Assembly (NCBI GenBank): GCA_963817645.1
Contig: CAWFQC010000014.1
Location: 77,228-141,227, forward strand
Length of the DNA: 64,000 nt
Direction of reading: 5' to 3'
Source of the DNA: an uncultured Gammaproteobacteria bacterium
GTDB lineage: Bacteria; Pseudomonadota; Gammaproteobacteria; UBA6002
The notes under the pieces are model-generated. The model saw only the letters and a program-made list of their open reading frames with translations, ran no database searches and was not told the origin of the DNA. Shown piece after piece: positions 1 through 9,300 of the stretch. The position numbers were made by a program, and so were the translations under genes. The stretch's first letter is position 1. Each line of letters begins with the position of its first letter.

Positions 1-1810
1 TCATTAAATAGGCGGTCTCAGGGGTAATAGCACGTTCCAACAACGGCTGATCAGCTTTATAGAGCTCATTGTCATTATCATCTGTAATATGATCAATAAA
101 ATAGGGCTTGATACGATATCCACCATTGGCAAATGTGGCATAACCAGAAGCAACTTGCATAGGTGTTACCGAGTTAGTTCCAAGAGCTAAGGTAAGATTG
201 CGAGGCATATCGGTTGCATCAAATCCAAAGCGACTAGCGTAATTTATTGCATAGGGTAATCCAATGGCTTGTAGTATTCGAATAGAAACCGTGTTGCGTG
301 AATGCACTAAGCCAAAACGAAGCCGAATGGGTCCATAAAATTTTAAATTTGAATTTTGCGGTCGCCAAACGGTATCAGAGCCTGGGATATATTGTTCAAA
401 AGGCGCATCATCTATAATGCTGGCCAAGGTAAAATCTTTATCAAGCGCAGCTGAATAAATGAAGGGCTTGAAGCTTGATCCAGGCTGGCGTTTGGCTTGA
501 GTTGCTCTATTATAGGGGCTACTACTAAAGCAAAAACCACCTGTGAGGGCAACAATTTGACCCGTATTTGGGTCTAGCGATACAATTGCAGCCTCTGCTT
601 TGGGGATTTGCACCAGCAGCCAGCCATTTGATTTTTTTAAGGCATAAATAACATCCCCTTTGCGCAAATGGGGTTTTCTCCAGGAGGAAGTATCTACTGT
701 GATTTTTTGGCGATTAGCCAACATGACAACAATACTATTTCCTTCAACAGATTTGACAACCACACCTGGAACCATTGAATTAATGGTAGGGAGTTGCCTT
801 AATTTCACTAACCATTGTGAAGGTTTGTTGATATGCTTTTCAGGCCCTCGAAAGCCATGTCGTTTATCATAGTCTATTAATCCATTTTTAATCGCATCGT
901 TTGCAGCAATTTGAAAGTGAGAATCGATAGTGGTATACACTTTTAAGCCGTTAGTATAGGCAGCGCTGCCGTAGGCTTCTACCATGGCGGCTCTTACCAT
1001 TTCGCCGACATAGGGCGCTTCTACAATAGTTGTTCGGCTATGGAAGTGTACATTAAGTGGCATGGCAATCGCTTTGTTATATTCTTGTTGAGTAATATAG
1101 CCACTTGAATGCATGCGCTCTAAAACATGATTTCGGCGATCGAGTGCGGCATTGGGATTATCTATAGGATTATCGCGAGAAGGGGCTTGAGGTAACCCCG
1201 CAAGCAGTGCCATTTCAGCCAAGTTTAATTCTCCTAAGGGCTTGCCGAAATAAACGTCTGCCGCTGCCGCAACTCCGTAAGCACGTTGCCCTAAGTAAAT
1301 TTTATTTAAGTAAAGCTCAAGGACTTTCTCTTTACTAAGGCTGGCATCAATTTTCAAGGCTAATAAGATTTCATTCAACTTACGTCCAAACGTCTTTTGC
1401 CTAGAAAGAAAAAAATTTCTTGCAACTTGCATAGTGATGGTGCTGGCACCTTGAGATTTGCGACCAGTAATCACAAGCTCTCTTCCTGCACGTAATAACC
1501 CAATCAAATCAACACCAGGATGCTCATAATAACGTTGGTCTTCTGTTGCCAGTATTCCTTGAATTAGTTTTTTGGGCACCTCATTGAGATTGACAGGTAT
1601 TCGATGGCTTCCACCATACTCTGCAATTAGCTTGCCATCTTTGGTAAAAACCCGCAGGGGAACTTCTAGCTGCATATTTTTTAAGGAGGAAACATCCGGA
1701 AGCTCAAGGTAAATAAAAAAAATCAAACATCCAAGTAACAAAAGGCCAGTGATAAGGAGACTGAAAATAGCTAAAAAGGAATTCTTTAACATTTTTTGTA
1801 TAAAATTCAT
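1..1810 (-). CDS. mrcA: Penicillin-binding protein 1A (glycosyltransferase/transpeptidase); N-terminal ~603 codons, C-terminus runs off the window start
   Basis: Own translation of the minus strand from ATG at 1810-1808 gives MNFIQKMLKNSFLAIFSLLITGLLLLGCLIFFIYLELPDV (membrane anchor). GT51 motifs follow: ATEDQRYYEHPGVD, GASTITMQVARN, RKLNEILLALKID. Transpeptidase SxxK (PGSSFKPF) and SxN (HSRNT) are present. It is absent from the ORF track because the frame stays open to the window edge. Confidence 0.9.
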   Translation of the reverse strand, partial: MNFIQKMLKNSFLAIFSLLITGLLLLGCLIFFIYLELPDVSSLKNMQLEVPLRVFTKDGKLIAEYGGSHRIPVNLNEVPKKLIQGILATEDQRYYEHPGVDLIGLLRAGRELVITGRKSQGASTITMQVARNFFLSRQKTFGRKLNEILLALKIDASLSKEKVLELYLNKIYLGQRAYGVAAAADVYFGKPLGELNLAEMALLAGLPQAPSRDNPIDNPNAALDRRNHVLERMHSSGYITQQEYNKAIAMPLNVHFHSRTTIVEAPYVGEMVRAAMVEAYGSAAYTNGLKVYTTIDSHFQIAANDAIKNGLIDYDKRHGFRGPEKHINKPSQWLVKLRQLPTINSMVPGVVVKSVEGNSIVVMLANRQKITVDTSSWRKPHLRKGDVIYALKKSNGWLLVQIPKAEAAIVSLDPNTGQIVALTGGFCFSSSPYNRATQAKRQPGSSFKPFIYSAALDKDFTLASIIDDAPFEQYIPGSDTVWRPQNSNLKFYGPIRLRFGLVHSRNTVSIRILQAIGLPYAINYASRFGFDATDMPRNLTLALGTNSVTPMQVASGYATFANGGYRIKPYFIDHITDDNDNELYKADQPLLERAITPETAYLM

Positions 1811-1905
1811 CGGAAAATTACTGTCGTTATTTTTAAAATGAGAGGTAGTCTATCATAAATACTTAACCTGATATAAGAACTAACCAAAAAACTCGCCTTT
1901 AGATT

Positions 1906-2086
1906 AGGAACATGTTTGAAATAACTCTTGCAACTAGCATCCCATTTGGCAAGCATCTTTAAACGAACTTTCTTCGAAAAAACATTTACATAGAACAACT
2001 ATGCGCGCATTTTTTCGAAAAAAAGTTCGTTTAAATCTGCATGCCAACTGGGCGCTAGTTGTAAGAGTTATTTCAAACATGTTCCT
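1906..2086. repeat. Long imperfect palindrome (arms ~77 bp, 1906-1982 and 2010-2086) in the mrcA<>pilM divergent intergenic region
   Basis: Left arm is aggaacatgtttgaaataactcttgcaactagc...aaacgaactttcttcgaaaaaa. The reverse complement of the right arm is aggaacatgtttgaaataactcttacaactagc...aaacgaactttttttcgaaaaaa. Track ORFs 1807..1998 and 1934..2128 lie inside it. Confidence 0.85.
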
Positions 2087-2183
2087 AATATTCCCGTTTA
2101 TTACGGTAGATTTTACGCAATTGTGCAAAAAGTAAGCTTAATGGAAAATTAAATTCTTTAAATAAAGTCATAGCTTAAAATTA

Positions 2184-3032
2184 ATGAGAAAAATACAACT
2201 ATTCAATAAAGAGTCATCTAAACAATTGGGTCTTGCAGTTTCATCCAATAAGATTCGTTTCGTTATTAGTACTTGTGTGAGGAATAGACAGGCTTTACTT
2301 GAGTATGGAGAATTTCCTCGTAAGGACCTAATAAACGTCTTACAAGAAATTAAGAAGTCAATTAATAATAATGTTTGTTGCCATCTTGCTCTGCCTCATC
2401 GCTTTATGATTTTAAAAAATTTGCAATTTACTGATTGCTTTGCGCAACAGGAAATAGAGGAATTATTATCCTTGAATTCTGAAAAATATTTTGCACATCC
2501 TTTTGACAAGATTTTGTTTGATTATGAACTGGTTGGTAATGAGAAAAATCAAATAAGAGCTTTAGCAAGTAAAAGGGAGGAGGTATGCAGTTGGATAGAT
2601 TTGTTTAATAGTGTTGACTTAAAATTAAAAACACTGACAGCTGATGTGCTAGCTCTTGAAAGAATTTTACAATATCAAGATATACTAGAAAAAGATAAAG
2701 TTTACGGCATTTTTTACCTGGATGGTACGGAATTATTGCAAGTCATTATACAAAATACATTCATATGTTTCTTAAATACAACCTCTCTAGCAGAAATTTC
2801 CACCTTCAATCTAAATGAGGAGATCCAAAAATTTTTACGTCTCTATGAAATAAACAATCCTATTTTTCATCCCTTGACGGACATAATCTTTTTTTCTGAT
2901 CAATCAGACATTCAATTTATAAAAATGGATGTGTATCAGATAAATTATCTTTCTAAACAAACATTGCTGTTACAGAATAAACCAATACCCGTATCATATC
3001 TCCTACCACTTGGTGTTACCTTACCATGTTAA
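2184..3032 (+). CDS. pilM: Type IV pilus assembly protein PilM-like (divergent, short at 282 aa)
   Basis: First gene of a five-gene, translationally coupled block with recognisable PilN, PilP and PilQ, divergent from mrcA. The N-terminus QLGLAVSSNKIRFVIS resembles the PilM LGLDISS...V start. Assignment rests mainly on synteny. Confidence 0.6.
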   Translation: MRKIQLFNKESSKQLGLAVSSNKIRFVISTCVRNRQALLEYGEFPRKDLINVLQEIKKSINNNVCCHLALPHRFMILKNLQFTDCFAQQEIEELLSLNSEKYFAHPFDKILFDYELVGNEKNQIRALASKREEVCSWIDLFNSVDLKLKTLTADVLALERILQYQDILEKDKVYGIFYLDGTELLQVIIQNTFICFLNTTSLAEISTFNLNEEIQKFLRLYEINNPIFHPLTDIIFFSDQSDIQFIKMDVYQINYLSKQTLLLQNKPIPVSYLLPLGVTLPC

Positions 3033-3568
3033 ATGTTATACCTTGGCGTGCGGAACAATTAATTCGGCGAAAGCAAATGATATTCTTCATGACTATATTC
3101 ATTTGTTGTTTAACGATAGCTTGTTTTGCCTTATTACGATGTTATTTCAAATATAAAACTACTCAGTTGCTAGCGACAAATGAACTGCTTCGTGATGAAT
3201 TCAGAAAGAAAGAAAACTTAAAGGAGACCAAATCACGCATACTTCAAAAGCAAATTCACTTGTTACAAACACAAGTTATTCTCGACAGGCAACAAAAACT
3301 GATCTCACTTCTGCAAAATATTACGCGAGATTTACCAGGTAACAGCTATTTAAATCAAATGATTTATGATCAAGACGGATTATCACTAGAAGGGGTCTTG
3401 CTTAGTTCGAATCAAACATCCTTAGACAAATTCTATTCAAAGATTGCAAAGGAAAATAATGCAGTAATAAAAAACCGTCATATCCAATTGAACACTGATA
3501 AGAAATTTACCTTTGGATTATATATAAAATTAGGAACAAATAATGAACCTGGTAAAATACTACCTTAA
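3026..3568 (+). CDS. pilN: Type IV pilus assembly protein PilN
   Basis: N-terminal LNVIPWRAEQLIRRKQ followed by a single TM helix matches the PilN hallmark (NLLPWRE..RR plus TM). It overlaps the pilM stop by 7 nt. Confidence 0.75.
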   Translation: MLNVIPWRAEQLIRRKQMIFFMTIFICCLTIACFALLRCYFKYKTTQLLATNELLRDEFRKKENLKETKSRILQKQIHLLQTQVILDRQQKLISLLQNITRDLPGNSYLNQMIYDQDGLSLEGVLLSSNQTSLDKFYSKIAKENNAVIKNRHIQLNTDKKFTFGLYIKLGTNNEPGKILP

Positions 3569-4037
3569 TCAATCAACCTATAAAAAAATTCTGATAGGGT
3601 TGATTTTTATTGGTTTGCAAATGCAAGCAATATATTTTGTCTTAGTTTACTGCGTTAAAAAAGAATATCAAAATGTCTCTAAGCTACACAAACAACAGAT
3701 GTTTTCCAATCAACAGCTACGAGCAGAACTTAGCAAGATAGATAGCGAATTATTTAAGCTTAAGGAGAAGAAATCAGGCTGCAAAATGATAATGGCCAAT
3801 GGTCTGTGTCTGTCTCACCTTACGACTATCATCACACAGTCTGCTTTTGCTGTCGATAAAATGACAACTCAAAAAAAACCGCGTGCTGCAATTTCTCTGA
3901 CAGCGCGCGGTGATTTTTTGCAATTTTATGATTTCCTAAAACAATGTCATAAACACAATATATTAATTAACAATTTTTATTTACACAAAGAAGAGTTGCA
4001 TAATTTATTGATTATTTTAAAAATGATTCAGCCATGA
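3543..4037 (+). CDS. pilO: Type IV pilus assembly protein PilO-like
   Basis: Position between pilN and pilP. N-terminal TM helix (ILIGLIFIGLQMQAIYFVLVY) followed by a coiled-coil segment. Assignment by synteny. Confidence 0.55.
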   Translation: MNLVKYYLNQSTYKKILIGLIFIGLQMQAIYFVLVYCVKKEYQNVSKLHKQQMFSNQQLRAELSKIDSELFKLKEKKSGCKMIMANGLCLSHLTTIITQSAFAVDKMTTQKKPRAAISLTARGDFLQFYDFLKQCHKHNILINNFYLHKEELHNLLIILKMIQP

Positions 4038-4357
4038 ATATTATTTTTACAATTATCATCATATTATTAAATTTTATTACTCCAACATGTTGGAGTATGC
4101 GTGATCCGTTTCACATTGATGACATGATGTTAAATGAGTCAGTACTAAAAAAAATAATACTAACTGATTTGAATTATGTTGGGGCAATTATCCTTAAACA
4201 GGATGCTATTGGTTTTGTGGAAGATCCTTATGGAAATTTCTATGGTTTAAGAGTTGGTCAGAAGCTAGGGTCCAACAATGAAGAGATAACAACTATCTTG
4301 CCGGACAAAATAGTTTTAACAAACGGGCTTCACTTTATCGTAATTAAGGGGCGGTAG
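4034..4357 (+). CDS. pilP: Type IV pilus assembly protein PilP-like
   Basis: Signal-like N-terminus, an RDPF motif right after it (CWSMRDPFHI), and a small beta-rich C-terminus. It overlaps the pilO stop (ATGA) and sits immediately upstream of the secretin. Confidence 0.65.
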   Translation: MNIIFTIIIILLNFITPTCWSMRDPFHIDDMMLNESVLKKIILTDLNYVGAIILKQDAIGFVEDPYGNFYGLRVGQKLGSNNEEITTILPDKIVLTNGLHFIVIKGR

Positions 4358-4366
4358 AATACTATA

Positions 4367-5623
4367 ATGAATAAAAAATATTTCATTCTTTGTTTAATGA
4401 TATTTATCCTTCTAATATCGGTTTCCGTTAAACTCTTGGCTGATAAAGAAAAAATAAGTGGACATAAAAATCAAGAGATTAAAATTATCTCCCTTGATTT
4501 TAAAAAAATTCCAGTGAGAGAACTATTGCAATTTATAGCCGAGGCAATGGGCTGTAATATTATCATGAGTGAAAGCGTTACTGGTAATTTGGCGTTACAT
4601 TTTAAAAATGTGACTTGGCAACAGGCTTTTCATATTATTCTAGAGATGACTGGATTTGTAAGTAAGCAGATAGATAATGTGCTTTTAATAGCAAGCCCAT
4701 TAGAATTTGCTAATCGGCAAAAAAGTGTCACTGAGGCTGCTTTAGTAAAAACATTTAAAATAAAACTGTATCATGCACAAGTTAGCCAGGTAATGGCACA
4801 ATTAAAAAATGAAGACAATATCTTATCACCGATTGCTAAAGTAAGTGCTAATGTAGAAGATAATAGCCTTTGGATTAAAGAGAACGTTGAAAACATTCCT
4901 TTGGTGACAAGTTTCATCCATCAAAGAGATAAAGTTGAAAAACAAATTTTAATTTTAGCCAAGATCATTAATCTAGATGACAAAAAAGTGCATGAATTAG
5001 GAATTAAATTTAGACCTATTTCAAGAGAAAAATCTGATCAAGGATTGACCTTAAGTTTTCCTGAAGGGAATTCGCCTGGTTTAAATTTGGCGATAGCATC
5101 TATTGCGCAGTGGCAATTATTAAATTTAGAGTTAGCTGCTTTAGAGGCATCTGGGTATAGTAAAATAATGGCTGACCCCAAGATAGTTACCCTTAATCAC
5201 CAACCTGCTATTATTGAAGCGGGAGAAGAGATCCCCTATCAAGAGAAGACCGCGAGTGGTGCAACCAATGTTTCCTTTAAAAAAGCTGCCTTGAGTTTGA
5301 AGGTTACCCCTACAGTGCTTCCTGATCGTAGCATAATTTTAGAGTTAGAAATTAAACAAAATAAAATATCTTCGCTTTCAGTAAACGGCACACCGGCTAT
5401 ACAAACACAAGAGTTAAAAACCCAAGTCATTATAGGGAATCGTCAAACTATTATTTTAGGAGGGATATATGAGACGACGAACTGTCAGGTGGTTGAAAAA
5501 ATTCCAGTTCTATCGCATTTGCCTCTGGTTGGCCAGCTATTGAGTCATTGCGATACCCAGCAGTTAAAAAAGCAGTTGTTAATTTTTGTTACTCCGGAGA
5601 TTATAGGGAACGTGCATGGGTAA
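4367..5623 (+). CDS. pilQ: Type IV pilus secretin PilQ (short form, 418 aa)
   Basis: Signal peptide present. The secretin C-domain reads IIEAGEEIPYQE...ILGGIYETTN...VEKIPVLSHLPLVGQLL...LLIFVTPEII. It is shorter than typical PilQ, and no N-terminal AMIN-like region is apparent. Confidence 0.85.
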   Translation: MNKKYFILCLMIFILLISVSVKLLADKEKISGHKNQEIKIISLDFKKIPVRELLQFIAEAMGCNIIMSESVTGNLALHFKNVTWQQAFHIILEMTGFVSKQIDNVLLIASPLEFANRQKSVTEAALVKTFKIKLYHAQVSQVMAQLKNEDNILSPIAKVSANVEDNSLWIKENVENIPLVTSFIHQRDKVEKQILILAKIINLDDKKVHELGIKFRPISREKSDQGLTLSFPEGNSPGLNLAIASIAQWQLLNLELAALEASGYSKIMADPKIVTLNHQPAIIEAGEEIPYQEKTASGATNVSFKKAALSLKVTPTVLPDRSIILELEIKQNKISSLSVNGTPAIQTQELKTQVIIGNRQTIILGGIYETTNCQVVEKIPVLSHLPLVGQLLSHCDTQQLKKQLLIFVTPEIIGNVHG

Positions 5624-5647
5624 TTAACTAGAAATTTAAGCCTCCTG

Positions 5648-6560
5648 ACTAGGGTTTGTCGTCAATTAATCCCGACTTTGCACTGCCATTAAGTTAAGGG
5701 TACCCCCGCGACTTACCCATATCTTATGCACAAGTCTGGAAACCGTTGTCTTCGCCCGTACAGACGTATAAAAAATATTTCAACTAATATAGGGCGAGGA
5801 TTTTCCCCTGAAGACTGATCTGATTCTCCCCCAAAGAAAAAATGAGCATTCTTCATGAGATTGGCGCTGGATTCCTCGCATGAAAGGTTTGAGCATTCTA
5901 CAAGTATCATGCGGCGAGGAACGACGAGCGGAAAGCGCCAGCAGCTTAACTCCCATGGCGAGGAACGATGGGCGGAAAGCGCCAGCAGCTTAACTCCCAT
6001 GGCGAGGAACGACGGGCGGAAAGCGCCAGCAGCTTAACTCCCATGGCGAGGAACGACAGGCGGAAAGCGCCAGCAGCTTAACTCCCATGGCGAGGAACGA
6101 CGGGCGGAAAGCGCCAGCAGCTTAACTCCCATGGCGAGGAACGACGGGCGGAAAGCGCCAGCAGCTTAACTCCCATGGTGAGGAACGACGAGCGGGAAGC
6201 GTCAGCAGCTTAACTCCCATGGCGAGGAACGACGACGAGGGCACTGCCATTAAGTTAAGGGCATTTCCTCCTCCTCGCCGTCGTTCCTCGCCGCGTGATG
6301 CCTGTAGAATGCTCAAACCTTTCATGCGAGGAATCCAGCGCCAATCTTATGAAGAAGGCTGATTTTTTTCTTTGAAGGTGAATCAGATCAGACTTCAGCT
6401 CTGGGTCTTCGTCCTATTGGTTAGAGTATTTTTCATACGTCTGTGCGGACGAGGATGAGGCTTCCAGACTTGTGCATAAGATATGGGTAAGTCGCGGGAG
6501 CGCCCTTAACTTAATGGCAGTGCGACGACGAGGAGGAAATGCCCTTATGACAGAGGTGCG
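5648..6560. mobile_element. Composite palindromic MITE-like element: left arm, 44-bp tandem array, right arm
   Basis: The left arm (about 5700-5912) is the reverse complement of the right arm (about 6285-6500). For example, catgagattggcgctggattcctcgcatgaaaggtttgagcattctacaag pairs with ctgtagaatgctcaaacctttcatgcgaggaatccagcgccaatcttatg. The terminal motif cactgccattaagttaaggg occurs at 5681-5700 and inverted at 6503-6522. No transposase ORF is present. Confidence 0.85.
5913..6234 (+). repeat. Tandem repeat, 44-bp unit, about 7.3 copies
   Basis: The unit ggcgaggaacgacgggcggaaagcgccagcagcttaactcccat starts at 5913, 5957, 6001, 6045, 6089, 6133, 6177 and 6221, with a few substitutions per copy. 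Confidence 0.95.
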
Positions 6561-6614
6561 ACGTCACGAACTCACTAATGAATAATTTAAGCGGGAGTTT
6601 TTGAAGGAGATATT

Positions 6615-6906
6615 ATGGAAGAATGTTTTGTATATATCTTAGCAAGCCGTCGCAATGGAGCCTTATACGTTGGTTCAACAACGAATTTAGTAAAAAGAAT
6701 ATGGGAACATAAAAATAATGTTATTCCGGGATTTACTGCAAAATATAATGTTCATCTGTCTGGTTTATTATGAAGTGCATCAAAATATCATGGAAGCTGC
6801 ACGACGCGAAAGACGATTAAAGAATTGGTGCAGAAAATGGAAGTTAAACATCATTGAACAATGTAATCCGACATGGCGCGATTTATACGAAGAAATCAGC
6901 ACTTAA
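6615..6906 (+). pseudogene. GIY-YIG nuclease family protein (small URI-domain type), disrupted by a +1 frameshift
   Basis: An SD (aggaga, 6605-6610) precedes the ATG at 6615. Frame 1 reads MEECFVYILASRRNGALYVGSTTNLVKRIWEHKNNVIPGFTAKYNVH and stops at 6771-6773. The family-typical continuation LVYYEVHQNIMEAARRERRLKNWCRKWKLNIIEQCNPTWRDLYEEI is in the +1 frame (track ORF 6718..6906). The junction is at about 6755-6765. Confidence 0.85.
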
Positions 6907-6934
6907 CTGGATCTTGTGGACAGGCCATATCTTT

Positions 6935-7045
6935 ATACACAAGTGACCCAGTCCCTTAGGGTCAAACATTCAGAGAATAACTTTGGCTCTTCCGGAATTC
7001 CCATGGTTGACAAGAATTTCCCCCCTTTGAAAATAAAGGGATTAT
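6935..7045 (-). repeat. Partial copy of a second MITE family (cacaagtgaccc...ggctcttccggaattccc...)
   Basis: 6941-7040 matches the reverse complement of 10500-10600 almost end to end: ...gtcaaacattcagagaataactttggctcttccggaattcc. Confidence 0.8.
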
Positions 7046-7480
7046 ATGCTTGTTATTAGAAGTGTGAAGTCTCCATCCTCGCCATAGGAGTTAAGCTGCT
7101 GGGCGCTTTCCACTTGTCGTACCTCGCCATGGGAGTTAAGCTGTTGGGCGCTTTCCACTTGTCGTACCTCGCCATGGGAGTTAAGCTGTTGGGCGCTTTC
7201 CACTTGTCGTTCCTCGCCATGAGAGTTAAGCTGCTGGCTCTTTCCGCTCGTCGTTCCTCGCCGCATGATGCTTGTAGAATGCTCAAACCTTTCATGCGAG
7301 GAATCCAGCGCCAATCCCATGAAGAATGCTGATTTTTCTTTGGAGGTGAATCAGATCAGACCTCAAGCTCTGGATCTTCGTCCTATTAGTTAGAGTATTT
7401 TTAGTATTTTTCATATGTCTGCTCGGGCGAGGATGGTACCCATATGTATAAAGATATGCGGAATATGCGGCCACGGGACG
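7046..7480. mobile_element. Half-copy of the composite MITE (inverted tandem array plus one arm)
   Basis: 7256-7475 (cctcgccgcatgatgcttgtagaatgctcaaacctttcatgcgaggaatccagcgccaatcccatgaag...) is a direct repeat of 6285-6500. The array at 7077-7262 is the reverse complement of the array type at 5913-6234. Confidence 0.85.
7077..7262 (-). repeat. Tandem repeat, 45-bp unit, about 4 copies, inverted relative to the 5913-6234 array
   Basis: The unit cctcgccatgggagttaagctgttgggcgctttccacttgtcgta starts at 7077, 7122, 7167 and 7212, with a partial copy at 7256. Confidence 0.9.
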
Positions 7481-7642
7481 ACGGAGTCGAGGTTAATCTA
7501 AGACAGGCTCTAGCCATCCTTCATTCCGAATAACCTAGACCCTTCGAGTCAAACGCCGGAAAGGTCTTGCTAGGAAGAATGAAGCTGGAATCTTCTAGTG
7601 AAATCCACTAAAATTGAAAATTCTTTTGTAAAAAGTAGAAAA

Positions 7643-8164
7643 ATGTCATTTAAAAAAAATATTTTCTTAGTTGGACCATGGGGGGGTAAGACTTCTGTGG
7701 GCAGGCTTTTGGCCAAGACTTTAAATTTTAAATTTTTTGACTCCGATCAAGTAGTAGAATCACAAACAGGTGCAGATATTCCTTGGATTTTTGATATTGA
7801 AGGTGAGCTAGGTTTCAGGCAAAGAGAATCTAAGATTATTGACTCTCTAACTAAGAAAAATAACATAGTATTAGCAACTGGCGGAGGAGTAGTTCTTGAT
7901 GCTGAAAACCGTAAAAACTTGTCATCTAGGGGAACAGTTTTTTATTTGAAAGTAAGTGTTGACGAACAAGTTAGGCGTACCTGTCGAAGTCGTAATAGGC
8001 CGTTGATCTTAGATAAGGATCCTCATGAGATTTTTGAGAAATTAAAGGATGAGAGAGAATCACTTTATTTACAAGTCGCTGATCACGCAATAGATACTGA
8101 TCACGGTTCAGTGCGAGCTATAGTTGATTCCATTTTAGAGAAAACAAATTTGTCAGATTCCTAG
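7643..8164 (+). CDS. aroK: Shikimate kinase (non-canonical P-loop)
   Basis: The sequence MSFKKNIFLVGPWGGKTSVGRLLAKTLNFKFFDSDQVVE...LATGGGVV carries shikimate kinase motifs (P-loop, DSD, GGG). The ATG at 7643 is preferred over the upstream GTG at 7598. Position is between pilQ and aroB. Confidence 0.85.
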   Translation: MSFKKNIFLVGPWGGKTSVGRLLAKTLNFKFFDSDQVVESQTGADIPWIFDIEGELGFRQRESKIIDSLTKKNNIVLATGGGVVLDAENRKNLSSRGTVFYLKVSVDEQVRRTCRSRNRPLILDKDPHEIFEKLKDERESLYLQVADHAIDTDHGSVRAIVDSILEKTNLSDS

Positions 8165-8187
8165 TGTTCCTTGCATAAGGCTTCTTT

Positions 8188-9293
8188 TTGAGGGATAGTT
8201 ATTCTGTGGATGATAAATTGACAAAAATTATTGTAAATTTGAATGAGAGATCCTATCCAATCTTTATTGGAGAAGACCTCTTAAAACAAAATTTATTAAT
8301 TCCTCATATCATTGGGCAACAAGTTTTCATTGTGACCAATGAGACAGTAGCTCCTTTGTATCTTGCTGTCTTAAAGTCACAATTTAAAGATTACCAATGT
8401 GATGACCTTATTCTGCCTGATGGGGAAGTTTATAAAACCATTGATTCAGTCCAAGCGATATTGACGCACTTATTGAACGAGGGCATCGTCGCAATACCAC
8501 CTTGATTGCCTTAGGGGGAGGGGTGATTGGAGACATGACGGGTTTTGCTGCTGCCTGTTATCAAAGAGGAGCTAATTTTATTCAAGTTCCCACTTCTCTT
8601 CTTGGGCAGGTGGATGCTTCGGTAGGTGGTAAAACAGGGGTAAACCATCCACGTGCTAAAAACTTAATTGGCGCTTTTTACCAACCTAAAGCAGTCCTTA
8701 TTGATACCAGTACTTTGCAAACCTTACCTCAGAGAGAATTCTGCTCAGGGATGTCTGAAATTATTAAGGCCGCTTTAATCTGCGATGAAGAATTTTTCTG
8801 TTGGCTTGAAGAACGTGTCATCAGCCTTCTTGAAAAAGAGGGGAACATGATAACTCACGCTATTAAAGAGGCTTGTCATATTAAAGCAAAAATTGTTATG
8901 CAAGATGAACGAGAGGCAAATATCAGAGCGCTTCTTAATCTTGGGCATACATTTGGGCATGCGCTAGAACAATATTTAAATTATAGCGACTGGCTACATG
9001 GCGAGGCTGTTGCGGTGGGATTGGTGCTTGCAGCAGAATATTCAAAACGGATTGGATGGTTGGATGAAAAAAGCGTGTTACGTATCAAGAACATTTTGAC
9101 AATGGCCAATTTACCTACAAAGTTGCCTTCTTCTATCTCTGTTTCAAAATTGATTGAAAGTATGAGTTCTGATAAGAAAAAAGACACATCAAAATTAAAA
9201 CTAGTATTATTAAAAGGAATTGGTCAGGCTGTTTTGAGTACTCAAGTAGACTTAAAGATCCTTGAAGCAACGATTTCTGAAAATCTTAGGTGA
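8188..9293 (+). CDS. aroB: 3-dehydroquinate synthase, interrupted by a -1 frame change in this assembly
   Basis: The N-terminal part is in the 8188 frame (stop at 8503-8505). The conserved core HRRNTTLIALGGGVIGDMTGFAAACYQRGANFIQVPTSLLGQVDASVGGKTGVNHP...NLGHTFGHALE is in the 8502 frame, which is open from about 8450. Confidence 0.85.
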
Positions 9294-9300
9294 AGTTTAA

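Noticed and set aside
660-872. 70-aa plus-strand ORF at the window start
   Set aside because: It is antisense to the well-supported mrcA coding frame and has no independent support.
5913-6234. Possible CRISPR array
   Set aside because: The repeats are directly abutting 44-bp units with no unique spacers, no cas genes are nearby, and an inverted copy with a 45-bp period lies 1 kb away. It is a minisatellite inside a MITE.
5713-7332. Track ORFs with striking repeated peptides (RQQLNSHGEE..., SLTPMARYDKWKAPN..., YLAMGVKLLGAFHLS...) that look like repeat proteins
   Set aside because: They are translations of the 44/45-bp tandem arrays and palindromic arms. They are open on both strands and in several frames at once. 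They have no RBS or plausible starts and sit entirely inside MITE sequence.
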